DNA from: Thermoplasmatota archaeon | Lineage (GTDB): Archaea; Thermoplasmatota; Penumbrarchaeia; Penumbrarchaeales; Penumbrarchaeaceae | Reading direction: 5' to 3' | Length of the DNA stretch: 64,000 bases | Assembly: GCA_016928095.1 (NCBI GenBank) | Contig: JAFGLL010000005.1 | Location: forward strand, 1,102 to 65,101 | Part shown: positions 11,101 through 20,258 of the stretch, one piece after another | Layout of the letters: each line of letters starts with the position of its first letter | How positions within the stretch are numbered: the first letter of the stretch is position 1 | Position numbers and translations under genes: made by a program | The notes under the pieces: model-generated | Database searches by the model: none | What the model was told of the DNA's origin: nothing | The model's input: only the letters and a program-made list of their open reading frames with translations

Positions 11101-11834
11101 TCATGGAGGGGATTTATCTGTTCAGCGTGAGGACGTGGGATAGAGCGGGGAACGACATCACGGTCTCCACTTCCTTCACCCTTGACCAGACCCGACCCGA
11201 GGTCGTAACCTTTTCTCCGGTCGGGAATGAGGTGGATGTCGATACAGTCATCTCAATGACGTTCAACGAGAGGATGCACATACCGACCATGCAGTTCCAT
11301 ATGGATGATGTCAAGGGCGAGCTGGTATGGAAAGGGGACCGTCTGATATTCATGCCGGGGGGGGACCTGAATTTCGGTACGGATTACACCGTCACTGCTG
11401 TCGGATGGGACCTCGCAGGAAATAGACTAGAGAACTTCGTCTGGAAGTTCACGACCCACAACAAAGGGACCGTTCAGGGGTATATCGTGGACAAAAGGGG
11501 GAGACCTGTCGAATTCGCAAGGATATATGCCCTGGGAGAGAACGGGACCAGGTCCAGAGAGGATGGGTTTTTCACCATCGACCTAACTGCCGGGAACCGG
11601 ACCGTCCTCTTCGAGGCCGAGGGTTTCAGGACCGTAAAGCTCGAGATGGAGATCGAACCCGGGGAGGTCCATGTAATAGACCGGTTGGTCCTCTCAGAGG
11701 ATAACAAGAGCCCTTTATCCTTGCTATCCTGTCTGCTTTGGGCCTTTTTGGTAATGGTGTCCATGATGCTTATAACAGGTGTGGCTCTGTGGTTGAGCTA
11801 CAGGGCCAGAGACCATGATATCCCGGAGGAATGA
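8196..11834 (+). CDS. Giant surface protein: right-handed parallel beta-helix region, four tandem ~93-aa Ig-like repeats, carboxypeptidase-regulatory-like domain, C-terminal TM anchor
   Basis: ATG at 8196 with GAGGT 5 nt upstream. Signal peptide MGRFLILSIVTLLISPGLL. Beta-helix repeats (ITNNLLENCTRG, ISDNTIKGS, IIDNTIN). Repeats with V(E/I)W..SD..SG...FE(I/V)R signatures run from about 10.12 to 11.22 kb. CarboxypepD_reg-like GTVQGYIVDKRGRPVEFARIYA. C-terminal TM LSCLLWAFLVMVSMMLITGVALW. Confidence 0.7.
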   Translation: MEMIMGRFLILSIVTLLISPGLLQNQSFSHGPDHQGILASYGPIEIGSDPELITTVGNEGWPGNGTEGDPFIIRDLELDGEGRISYGIFIYNTTLYLTIENCTMIEFSQSGIIIIDCSNIKITNNLLENCTRGVEVFSCSITEISDNTIKGSALGICAYKGNFDSIIDNTINLPEFEGIHIENETNCMVYRNNISLGSDDGFGADIRGCTYLDLDHNEIISGSEVPKPLKVTNCAMMQIRYNHFENGSEIYLGDTIGYTFVENEMHNVPVRLDRCTLEIRDNDFFGCGVIIDEYSSGPWLQNLDLDTTNSVNGKMILFARSNSSLNELALGSEIGQLIVFNVKEGVVSPIELGNTTVAIQVVGCDGLTIDGPTISDCLYGMIIQDTMNSSILNSNISRSGRNGIRMFESWNNEIVGNLILDTERYDQEEGGIFLHKCQDCMIEGNTVFSHLDPDSPYGIQLSWSDENVITNNYMFYNGGTGDSYRNWEFQSYDLMGNNWWNSPTDIGNYWRDWRGPDSERDGIVDLPYTIGATGALMPQDHYPLATCPVVTPPTNLSITTVDKKLMISWSEPDQTAFFKIRSYKIWIGTGTLLGHQATVNAGSLYYHHIFAQPGVEYHYMVTAVNQLIESDPSEVVRGTLEIDPTTVNITSPINGSFHSKKDITVEWEVFDNGSGLDHFEIKLDEGMWKEVELNRTKLFTDLQEGMHTVHVAAIDNYHSVQMDSVNFTVDLTEPDLTIIRPDNGSFVNTRHVIIEWTSSDELSGTAGFEVRADFGNWTPADNDKWHTLLFSNDGFHTVEVAAIDKAGNRLEKGVSFTMDTYLPELTVLSPDEGVYYRSGDVKVIWNGSDNGTGLESYWFRMNDLGWTSMGLRTDRSLWGLPDGHYRIDIKAVDIAGNGRVRSVSFFIDGTSPNLRILDPVDGSFISNSPVTVRWNGTDDTSGIDHFEIRIEGDQWRDVGDDLTFTMVNLMEGIYLFSVRTWDRAGNDITVSTSFTLDQTRPEVVTFSPVGNEVDVDTVISMTFNERMHIPTMQFHMDDVKGELVWKGDRLIFMPGGDLNFGTDYTVTAVGWDLAGNRLENFVWKFTTHNKGTVQGYIVDKRGRPVEFARIYALGENGTRSREDGFFTIDLTAGNRTVLFEAEGFRTVKLEMEIEPGEVHVIDRLVLSEDNKSPLSLLSCLLWAFLVMVSMMLITGVALWLSYRARDHDIPEE

Positions 11835-11837
11835 ACT

Positions 11838-14594
11838 CTATTCCTCCACCCAGTCCTCAGATCTTCTGGATGCTCCCACAAGGAAAATGGCAACAGCTGC
11901 AATGATAACAAGTGCAGATACGATGATGATCCACCACGGGATGTGGTTCTTTTCATCATGGACCGGTCCATTGGTCCTATCGTGATATAGGACCACGGTA
12001 AAATGAACAGTGCACTCCGCCCAACCGGGAGAGGGGGACTCGGCGGACACATTTAGCACTGCCGCGTAACTGCCAGGAAGCAATCCGGACAGGGTCACCG
12101 ACTGGCCTTCGTAAAAGGTGCCGTTGATGTACCAGGTGAACCTCAGCGTCCTGCTGTCGTTGTGTTCTGCCCTGAAGACGATCTCCTCGGTGTTATTGAA
12201 GACCTCTCCCTCCACGGGACTCGAGATCGATACTCCGGATGGAGGTCGGGGTTCGGGCTCCTCGGGGTCCGGAGGTGGGATGATCCTTATCGACCAGTTG
12301 AAGCTTTCCTCGTAGCTTCCAGCAGATATGACCAGCTCGAGGTCAACGGTCCCCTCCGAAATAAGGTTTTGTTCGATGGGAGAGAATATGAATTCGGTCA
12401 GGTTCCCCACCTCCGATCCCTCCAAGTACCATCGGGTATTGACAGGATCCCCATCGGGGTCTTCCACCTGAACGCTGAATTCCAGAGAACCGTTGTGGTC
12501 GACATCAATGGGGCCGGGAGTGGGAGTGACGTTCACGGTCGGATGGAGGTCGACATCAAGAACGTTCACCGTCCAGTTATGGGTAATGTTCAGGGATCGG
12601 TCCTCACTGTCGCTGATCCTGACCTCTATGATGAACGGAGAGCCTTCGGATGAGTTGGGACCCGTGTGGTCCGAGAAGAACACGACATAGGAACCGTCAG
12701 AGGGCTGCAGACCTCCGGATCCCCCATTGACGCTCCATTCGATCAAGGGGGCCGTCATATCCGGGTCCACGGTATCGATCGAAAGCGCCTGTGTCCCACC
12801 TTCGTAGATATCCAGCTCGGCTTCCTGGGGGGAGATGGTCAGCAGCTGCGGCGCTCTGTTGACATTGCTGACCGTCAGGTTCCAGACCAGTGTACCGTTC
12901 TCGTTCGCATGGATATATGAAGGGTCCAGCGAATATGCGATGATGTAAGGAGCGTCCCTCGAGGAAAGGTCCCCAAGGAAATCCAGTGATATGTTCAGGT
13001 CATTGTCCCGATCCACCTCGGTTCCGTCGATCGACCAGTTCCAGGTCGGTATCTGTTCTTCCCCCCTGTAGGCGACCGCGGTGATGTTCACCCAATCTCC
13101 CTCGCTGAAGAAGATATCACCAGCCGGAATGCTGGATGACAGATTTAGGTATGGTCTCTCCTTTACCGTGAACAGGACCTTCACCCTGTTGTTCGTTTCA
13201 TTGTACTCGTGCACCTCATCCATGACATCCACTATGAGCTCCAGCAAATGGTTCCCGGGGAGCAGCTTCCCGAGGATCACCGAGTTAGAATGGACCTCCT
13301 TGGCCTGAAGACCGTCCACCATCTCGGAATGGACCTCGGTCCCGTTCTCATCGAGGAGAAGCAGGGAGAACGGTCCGGTCCCGTGGTTCATGGTGTTGTA
13401 AACCTTTAACTCTGCTGTGAAGATGTCATCCTTTGTCCCCTCGTTAGTATGGGAGACCCTCAGGGAACTCTCATCCACCATGAGGTCCAGGGCTTTAGTG
13501 GTCACCGTGCAGACATCATGCTCCTCCGAAGCACCCACGAAAGCAAGTATTCCGAATGACCCATGATCGAAGGAGGTCGGAGTATTGTCCGGATACCTCG
13601 GGGCCGTAAGGGTCCTGGTGAATGTCTGCTGCGGCCCTGTCAATGGTATGGTTGCCGCAATATGACCTCCGGGGAACAGAATGGAAACGACGGTGTTCCC
13701 GGTCGTCAGGAAACCGCTCACATTAAAAGAGGAATCCTCCATGACAGGCTCCTCCGTATCGACCCATATCATTATCGTTGTCTCCTCGGGCTCCCGATGG
13801 TAATCCATCAGTTTCCAGGGGACGGTGAGCTGAAGTCCTTGAATGTCCAGGTCGAAGACCCTCTCTATCGTGTTACCCACCGTTCCATTGTTGTAAAGTA
13901 CCGGAACATCGTCATCGGAAACGGGATAGGTCATGAAGGTCCCGGCGGGCACGGTCCTCTCGACAGGCGAACCGCAGGACATGTTCTGAAGCACGGAAGT
14001 CACCTCACCCGTGCCTCCAGGGGTCCTGGTGGTGACGTTCACCTCCCATTCCTCATCGGGTATCAGAGGGAAATCGTACTGCTCCATGGGCGGGTCGTAC
14101 TCGTTACCGAATGGGTAATTCCCGTTGATGGAGGAGAGGGTGCCGGACACGCTTGCGTTGACCACCATCCTGTACATGGACAGGTCCTGTATCCTCTCCC
14201 ACATGTATCCCGTCAGGTTGACGTATATGGTCTCATCGATGCCTAATAATGGTATGTAGAGCCGCCCCGTGAGGTTCCCGACGATATCCGTGATAAACAC
14301 TGGAGAATTGTCCTTTGTCAGGTCCAGTGTTATCAGTACGGTGGACATGTTCATCCACCCCGTAACAGGGACATTGAAACCCAGATATGAAACCGAAAAA
14401 CTTGTCGAATAGTTCCAGTAGTCCCCCACCCTCCATGTGGGCATATCGACCCCTTCTGACGGATCGAACTCCGGATCGGGGACCAGGGTTCCCTCTGACC
14501 CGATACCGACCAGGCCCATAGGCGCAAGGCTCATCATCAAGAGTGCAATGGCCGTGGCCATTATCCTGCGGGGATCAAATGCGACCATATTCAT
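11838..14594 (-). CDS. Large surface protein with CARDB-like domain and C-terminal TM anchor
   Basis: ATG verified at 14594 (MNMVAF). N-terminal signal AIALLMMSLAPMGLVGIGS. CARDB-type motif EYNETNNRV. C-terminal TM IIIVSALVIIAAVAIFLVGA plus tail RRSEDWVEE. Convergent with the previous gene, 3-nt spacer. Confidence 0.65.
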   Translation of the reverse strand: MNMVAFDPRRIMATAIALLMMSLAPMGLVGIGSEGTLVPDPEFDPSEGVDMPTWRVGDYWNYSTSFSVSYLGFNVPVTGWMNMSTVLITLDLTKDNSPVFITDIVGNLTGRLYIPLLGIDETIYVNLTGYMWERIQDLSMYRMVVNASVSGTLSSINGNYPFGNEYDPPMEQYDFPLIPDEEWEVNVTTRTPGGTGEVTSVLQNMSCGSPVERTVPAGTFMTYPVSDDDVPVLYNNGTVGNTIERVFDLDIQGLQLTVPWKLMDYHREPEETTIMIWVDTEEPVMEDSSFNVSGFLTTGNTVVSILFPGGHIAATIPLTGPQQTFTRTLTAPRYPDNTPTSFDHGSFGILAFVGASEEHDVCTVTTKALDLMVDESSLRVSHTNEGTKDDIFTAELKVYNTMNHGTGPFSLLLLDENGTEVHSEMVDGLQAKEVHSNSVILGKLLPGNHLLELIVDVMDEVHEYNETNNRVKVLFTVKERPYLNLSSSIPAGDIFFSEGDWVNITAVAYRGEEQIPTWNWSIDGTEVDRDNDLNISLDFLGDLSSRDAPYIIAYSLDPSYIHANENGTLVWNLTVSNVNRAPQLLTISPQEAELDIYEGGTQALSIDTVDPDMTAPLIEWSVNGGSGGLQPSDGSYVVFFSDHTGPNSSEGSPFIIEVRISDSEDRSLNITHNWTVNVLDVDLHPTVNVTPTPGPIDVDHNGSLEFSVQVEDPDGDPVNTRWYLEGSEVGNLTEFIFSPIEQNLISEGTVDLELVISAGSYEESFNWSIRIIPPPDPEEPEPRPPSGVSISSPVEGEVFNNTEEIVFRAEHNDSRTLRFTWYINGTFYEGQSVTLSGLLPGSYAAVLNVSAESPSPGWAECTVHFTVVLYHDRTNGPVHDEKNHIPWWIIIVSALVIIAAVAIFLVGASRRSEDWVEE

Positions 14595-15559
14595 CCATCA
14601 ATGTCAGGGTTTAATATTCTTTTTCTCCGGATCTGTGATATCCCTACTCCTGCCAGAAGCACACATCCCGCTCCGAGCTGTACCGGACCCAGTCTGTCTC
14701 CCAGCATGAAGAAACCCACAAGATACGAGAACACCGGCAGGAGGAACACGAAGAAACCGACCCTCGAGAGCTCCCCCGAACGAATGACCCTGTACCATAT
14801 CGTAGGTGTTACCCCGTATAGACAGATGGAGATGTAAAAGAGTGCCAACCATACGTCGGCCCCTGCATGGAATATCCATGCGGGACCCTCCCACCCCATG
14901 ATCCAGGTGAACACCGTCACCGGGAGCAGAATTGCCGCACCGTACATAGCATTCACGGATACCAGATGGACCGGGCTTGCTCCGCGGTTCATGGCGTATT
15001 TCAGTATCAATCCGGATATTGAATAGCTCAAACCCGTGATAAGGTTCAGAAAGGCCCCGATGGTCTCACTTGACCCCAGGTCCCATTGACCTGACCCGTA
15101 GGTCGTCAACACCATGGCTGCCGGGACCGTGACCAGGAGACCTGCCAATTTCCAGGGACCGAGCTTCTCGTGAAGGAATATCACAGCAAGGATAATGGTA
15201 AAGACCGGACCCACACCCTGGATCATGGCTGTCAAGGAGGATGTGGAGCCCGGGTCCATCATCGTCATGCCCAGGTTCTGCAGGATGTTCGGCAGGACCG
15301 TGCTGAAAAAAGCAAAACAGACAACCGTCACCAGGCCTCCCTTCCCCTCGAGACCGGCCAGAAGGAGGTTCTTTCTTGCGAACAAGCCATTTCTGGACCC
15401 GAACCTGCCGAGAAGGAAGAACATGGACAACATGAAAACAGAGACCAGAAAAGCACGGAGGAACCCGAGGGTCACGGGAGGGATCACCTCCAGAGCAAGG
15501 ACCAGCCCCCAGAAACTGGTACCGAAAAGCACCATGCACAGGATGGCAAGACCGCTCAT
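14591..15559 (-). CDS. DMT-superfamily (EamA-like) transporter
   Basis: 10 predicted TM helices in two EamA-like halves. ATG verified at 15559 (MSGLAILCMV). The stop overlaps the ATG of the downstream surface-protein gene in an ATGA arrangement (14591-14594). Confidence 0.75.
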   Translation of the reverse strand: MSGLAILCMVLFGTSFWGLVLALEVIPPVTLGFLRAFLVSVFMLSMFFLLGRFGSRNGLFARKNLLLAGLEGKGGLVTVVCFAFFSTVLPNILQNLGMTMMDPGSTSSLTAMIQGVGPVFTIILAVIFLHEKLGPWKLAGLLVTVPAAMVLTTYGSGQWDLGSSETIGAFLNLITGLSYSISGLILKYAMNRGASPVHLVSVNAMYGAAILLPVTVFTWIMGWEGPAWIFHAGADVWLALFYISICLYGVTPTIWYRVIRSGELSRVGFFVFLLPVFSYLVGFFMLGDRLGPVQLGAGCVLLAGVGISQIRRKRILNPDIDG

Positions 15560-15915
15560 CCTGTCAATGATGGGGCGACCGGGGCGAACATCCCGCTGTC
15601 TTGGAACCATGAGTGGGAAATATACACCCGGTAAATGAAGATATCAAGACCCGGGCCGTTTTAAAAACCGAAAGGATTTAATCCGGACTTGGTCATGAAA
15701 GTGGTCGAACGGGTGAGATCGCCCATGACCGGGCAGGCTAATGTACCCATCGGGTCATGATCGCCCCGGAAAGGCTCCCACCCCGTATGAAGGACCGTCA
15801 AGAAGAACCATGGTGTTTTGAGATGAGGGACAGGGAGAACAGACTGGCGACCCGGAAAAGGGCGAAAAAGAGTGCACCGTGGGGAACACCGAAAAAGCTC
15901 ACTCCTCTGGGATAC

Positions 15916-16509
15916 ATGGTCCGTGAGGTCTGGAGGAACCGATCAAGGACCTTCATGTCCGCGGCAGGGATCGCCAGCCTTGCTCTCCTGTTCATCCTTT
16001 TTTCTTCCATGGAGCAAGGTCTGGACGATCACTTCAGGGGCGAGACCGAAGATGTACCGACCGAGGAGAGCATCGAATTGTTCAAGGTAAAGCAGGTCAT
16101 GGATGATTGGGTATACCTCATCTCGGCACTCTGCTGGACCTTGATGGTCCTGGTGATCGTGAATACCGCTACGATCACGGTGGTCGAGAGGAAGTTCGAA
16201 CTGGCGAGCCTGAGGGCACTTGGCCTGAGCTCGGTCCAGGTCTCTTTCCTTGTGGGAAGCTCAATGATGCTCATCGTGTCCTTCGGGATAATGGCCGGTA
16301 TCATCGCTTCTGTTGTGATCATCCCCCTACTCGATATTGCGAACCTGTCCTTGCTGGGAGGTGGATTGGACCTGCCGCTGGTCTACGATCCGATCTCCAT
16401 CGTCAACACCCTTCTCCTGGGCCTGGGGGCCGGTGCCCTGGGTCTTATCCCGCCACTATTGATGATCATCAGGTCCTCACCCATGGAGGTGCTCAGGGAT
16501 GCCGGATAG
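15916..16509 (+). CDS. ABC transporter permease, FtsX-like (short 4-TM form)
   Basis: MVREVWRNRSRTF...TM is the typical FtsX/MacB-type N-terminus. ASLRALGL motif. 4 TM segments. The track ORF starts upstream at 15757. The stop overlaps the ATPase gene start. Confidence 0.6.
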   Translation: MVREVWRNRSRTFMSAAGIASLALLFILFSSMEQGLDDHFRGETEDVPTEESIELFKVKQVMDDWVYLISALCWTLMVLVIVNTATITVVERKFELASLRALGLSSVQVSFLVGSSMMLIVSFGIMAGIIASVVIIPLLDIANLSLLGGGLDLPLVYDPISIVNTLLLGLGAGALGLIPPLLMIIRSSPMEVLRDAG

Positions 16510-17233
16510 ACCGTTCATAGAGACCATTGACGTTGTCAAGACATACAAGGTGGGATCATCCATGGTAACTGCCCTGGACCATTTCTCGATAGGGATAGAG
16601 GAAGGAGAAATGGTCGCTATAATGGGCCCCTCCGGATCGGGGAAGACGTCTCTGCTGAACATGATCGGCGGTCTTGACAGACCGGATTCGGGTGCGGTGA
16701 GGGTGAAAGAGGTGGAGATCAACAGACTCGGCGAGGAGCAGAGGGCCAGGTTCAGGAAGAACAACATCGGTTTCATATTCCAGTTCTTCAACCTGATTCC
16801 TTCGCTCACCGCCATCGAGAACGTCCTTGTCCCTGTCATGTTCGAAAGGGAGACCCCCGTGAAAAGGGCGGGAGAGCTGCTGGAGAGGGTGGGTCTCGGA
16901 GACCGCTTCGATCACCTGCCGGGAATGCTCTCGGGCGGGGAGAGGCAGAGGGTGGCCATTGCCAGAGCGCTCATCAATGACCCCATGCTCATCCTGGCGG
17001 ATGAGCCCACAGGGAACATCGACAGCGAGACCGCACGCGAGATAGTATCACTGTTCCGGGAATTGAACGACGAGGGCAAGACGCTGATACTGGCGACACA
17101 TGACAGGATCGTTGCCGGGAGGGCCAAGGTCATGATCAAGATCAGGGACGGACGTATGGTCAGGGGTAAGGCTCATTCAAGGGACGGCATGAGAAGCCTC
17201 TCTCCCGACAAAGGAGGGGGAGTGCCGGAATGA
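16499..17233 (+). CDS. ABC transporter ATP-binding protein (MacB/LolD type)
   Basis: Walker A GPSGSGKTS, Q-loop, signature LSGGERQRVAIARAL, Walker B ILADEPTGNID, H-loop ATHD. Confidence 0.9.
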   Translation: MPDRPFIETIDVVKTYKVGSSMVTALDHFSIGIEEGEMVAIMGPSGSGKTSLLNMIGGLDRPDSGAVRVKEVEINRLGEEQRARFRKNNIGFIFQFFNLIPSLTAIENVLVPVMFERETPVKRAGELLERVGLGDRFDHLPGMLSGGERQRVAIARALINDPMLILADEPTGNIDSETAREIVSLFRELNDEGKTLILATHDRIVAGRAKVMIKIRDGRMVRGKAHSRDGMRSLSPDKGGGVPE

Positions 17234-17916
17234 ACGAAACCGACAGGTCTTTCAATTCGGCCACATACGCCCTTTCCCATATCCGGCACGATCTGTTCAG
17301 GTCGATAACAACGGTGGTGACCATAAGCCTCACCATAGCTTTCATACTCCTGACCACTTCCCTGCTTTTCGGACTGGTGAACGAGATATCCGAAACCGAC
17401 GAGAAGGCGTCCATTCTCGACGGCATGATACCGGGATCGGTCTCCATGTTCGAGGAGTTCAGGATAGATGGGAGCCAGCTGTCAAAGGAGAGTAAGGCCT
17501 CACTGGTGAACTATCTGCTTGTCACATCGGTCCTGGTAATAATGGTGGCCTTCTTCATCATGTTCAATACCATGTCCATCTCGGTCCAGGAGCGGAGGGG
17601 TGAGATAGGGGTCCTCCGATCCGTGGGCTTTTCATCCAGAGAGGTCATGAAGATATTTCTTACAGAAGGAGGGGTCATTGGAATGATATCGTTCCTCAGT
17701 GCGCTGTTCTTGGGGACCCCATTCATCGTGAACCTTGCCGCTTATCTGATAGAACGGGGTGATGGTGGGATATTCTTCGTACAACCCATGATCCCCCTGC
17801 AGCTGGTGGCCATTATAGGGGCTCTGACAATGCTGCTGACGGTCTTCACGACATATCTGGCAGCAAAGAAGACCCTGAGGGTCCGTCCCGTGGAAATGCT
17901 CAGACCCACCAGATGA
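17230..17916 (+). CDS. ABC transporter permease, FtsX-like
   Basis: ATGA overlap with the ATPase gene. N-terminal TM, periplasmic loop, three C-terminal TM helices. SVGFSSREV motif of the FtsX family. Confidence 0.7.
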   Translation: MNETDRSFNSATYALSHIRHDLFRSITTVVTISLTIAFILLTTSLLFGLVNEISETDEKASILDGMIPGSVSMFEEFRIDGSQLSKESKASLVNYLLVTSVLVIMVAFFIMFNTMSISVQERRGEIGVLRSVGFSSREVMKIFLTEGGVIGMISFLSALFLGTPFIVNLAAYLIERGDGGIFFVQPMIPLQLVAIIGALTMLLTVFTTYLAAKKTLRVRPVEMLRPTR

Positions 17917-17979
17917 GGATCTCCAGGATCGAAGGTCCATGAGGCTATGGTTATATAGAAGCAGCGGATTGTAAACCGG

Positions 17980-18585
17980 ATGGCCCATATCGAAGCCCTG
18001 AGAAGTTCCCTTGTAAGTGTGCTTGATGAGGATGAGAAGGTCCGTGACGAGGCGTTCTCCCTGTCACGAGACCTGATCCGCTCATGCCGAAAGCTCATCT
18101 CCGAACTGGTGCAGGAGAAGATCGTGGACATGTCCGGATTGAGAAGCGAAGTGTCCAGGGTGATGGAGATACACGAAAGGGGAGGACGTGGACTGGCCTT
18201 CGTGGAAGATGCGCTTGCCGAGTACTGCGAGGTGGAGGTCCTCCGGTCAACGCTTATCGTGGAGGACATACCTCTCCCCGGATCGTTGGGGGTTCCTGAG
18301 AGGGCTTTTGTCCTTGGTCTGTGCGATTCGGTGGGAGAGATGAGGAGGGTGACGCTCAACAGACTGCTTCGCTCCGATCTCGGGGGTGCATCGGAGATGT
18401 ACGAGAATATGAAGGTGATAGGGCATCTCATCGAGGGTCTGGTATATCCTTCGGGGATGATCCCGCTCAAGAAAAAGCAGGATGTCGTCAGGTCGCTCCT
18501 GGACAGGACCGGAGGTGAATTAGCCGTTGCATTGTATTCACCGGGGCGGGTCCCGTTGGACCTCGGGGGCACCGAACATGAATGA
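17980..18585 (+). CDS. Translin-family protein (putative)
   Basis: All-helical ~200-aa protein. ERAFVLGLCDSVGEMRR matches the conserved translin/TRAX GxxDxxGELxR motif. Confidence 0.45.
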   Translation: MAHIEALRSSLVSVLDEDEKVRDEAFSLSRDLIRSCRKLISELVQEKIVDMSGLRSEVSRVMEIHERGGRGLAFVEDALAEYCEVEVLRSTLIVEDIPLPGSLGVPERAFVLGLCDSVGEMRRVTLNRLLRSDLGGASEMYENMKVIGHLIEGLVYPSGMIPLKKKQDVVRSLLDRTGGELAVALYSPGRVPLDLGGTEHE

Positions 18586-20170
18586 TAAGGGAAGCAGGAA
18601 GGACCCTGCGGATACGGTGAAAAAGGGAGGTAAGCTCGAGGATATGGTCGAATACTTCTCCGGGGTCGGCCACCCACACCCTATTTCAGAGGTCGTCGAG
18701 GACCTCAGACAGAAGATGCTCTCAAAAGGGTTCGATGAGGTCCAGACCTCCGACTTCCTGCCTCTAAGGGACATCAAACAGCTTACCGGAAACCTATATC
18801 CTGCCTTCATGGACTCGATCTACCATCTATCATGGCTCAGAATGAGACCGATAGCTCCCAGCAAGGAGATCGAAATGGTCCTCAATGAACGTGATCCGGG
18901 AATGGATCAGGCAAGACTGTGGAACATCCTTGACGCCATGGACGAAGATACCAGCGGAGAGGACCTCCTTGGGAAGTTAGTGGATGGACTTGGCATCTCA
19001 CACACCGAAGCTATCGCCATCATGAACATGGTCCCGGAGCTAACCCACGGAGAAAGGGTGGATGAGGAGGAAACGCTCAGGTCTTTCATGCCCACATCAT
19101 GGATATCCACCCTCGAAGCAACCTATGACCGCGAAGCGTTCCCTATCAGGCTTTTCACTATCGCATCACTCTTTAGAAGAGAACCCCGGCAGGACAGCAG
19201 GCATTTCAGGACATACCACATACTGTCCATTGCCATTCTTGATGAGGATATGGACCTGAGGAAGGGAAAACGCATCCTTCGTAGGTTGTTCGACCTGATC
19301 GAGCTGGACGATACCAGAACGATCGAGAAGCCATATCACTTCCCCTATTTCGAGAAGGGGACGGAGCTGGAGATCTTCGGTGGTGACCTGGAACTCGGAA
19401 CCTGCGGAATGGTGTCCAGGAATGTCCTCGGAGAGAGGAACATAGACGCTCCCGTGTTCATAGCGGATATTGGTGTCGAGAGGACCCTGATGTACAAGCA
19501 CGGATATCCCGATATAAGGGAACTCTACTTCCCGCAGTTCTTCGCGGCCTGGAACCTGACGGACGAGGAGATAGCAGCATCGATCAAATACATCAGAAGA
19601 CCCCAGACCGATTACGGCAGGGAGATCTCCAATGCCATTTACAAATGCTACAAGGAGAACGCAGAGAGCCCTGAAGTGAACAGGAAGGTAGCATGGAGCG
19701 GTATCCTTGTGGGCTCGGATTATGGCAACTTCCTCGTTTCCAGGGAGCGCGCTGCAGAGATGAGGATGCAGGGAAGGCCTGCAGAGGTCGTCCTCGTGGA
19801 GGGGGCCCCGGGCCACGGTCTGACGGGGCCGGCGGCCTTCAACGAGGTATGGGTCAAGGATGGAGAGATCATAGGGGCCCCTCCGGACCTTTCCAGGAAA
19901 ATGGAGGTGTCCGGAGCCATAAGGACGAACCGATCCTATGTGAAAGGGTTCGCAAGACTGGCCGCCTGGAAGATCGAAAAGGCGGTGGGGATCGGCCATA
20001 CCGTGAAGCTATTGGAGAACGTGAAAGACCTTGAAGGCATGAACATGAGGTTGACCTCCAAGGCCCTGCAATACATTCTGAGCCACAAGAAGAAAGTGGA
20101 CATCAGGGGTCCGGTCTATCTGAAGTTCCTGTTCCACACCTCGGGCAGTCCCAAGGACCTGGACGAATAG
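18578..20170 (+). CDS. sepS: O-phosphoserine--tRNA(Cys) ligase (SepRS)
   Basis: Class-II aaRS related to PheRS-alpha. LFTIASLFRREPRQDSRHFRTYH compares with SepRS motif-2 LFSIDRCFRREQGEDATRLYTY. DIGVERTLMYKHGYPDIRELYFPQ compares with GLGVERLAMILYGYDDVRKMVYPQ. C-terminal anticodon-binding end YILSHKKKVDIRGPVY. ATG verified at 18578 (8-nt overlap with the upstream stop). The track ORF begins at 18527. Confidence 0.8.
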   Translation: MNDKGSRKDPADTVKKGGKLEDMVEYFSGVGHPHPISEVVEDLRQKMLSKGFDEVQTSDFLPLRDIKQLTGNLYPAFMDSIYHLSWLRMRPIAPSKEIEMVLNERDPGMDQARLWNILDAMDEDTSGEDLLGKLVDGLGISHTEAIAIMNMVPELTHGERVDEEETLRSFMPTSWISTLEATYDREAFPIRLFTIASLFRREPRQDSRHFRTYHILSIAILDEDMDLRKGKRILRRLFDLIELDDTRTIEKPYHFPYFEKGTELEIFGGDLELGTCGMVSRNVLGERNIDAPVFIADIGVERTLMYKHGYPDIRELYFPQFFAAWNLTDEEIAASIKYIRRPQTDYGREISNAIYKCYKENAESPEVNRKVAWSGILVGSDYGNFLVSRERAAEMRMQGRPAEVVLVEGAPGHGLTGPAAFNEVWVKDGEIIGAPPDLSRKMEVSGAIRTNRSYVKGFARLAAWKIEKAVGIGHTVKLLENVKDLEGMNMRLTSKALQYILSHKKKVDIRGPVYLKFLFHTSGSPKDLDE

Positions 20171-20258
20171 GTGGGTCATCTGTTCGATGGTTTCTTTCGG
20201 CCAACCCCAGGTGGACGCTTTAAACCGGCAGCCGGTGAATGATGGTCGGTGGTAGTAC

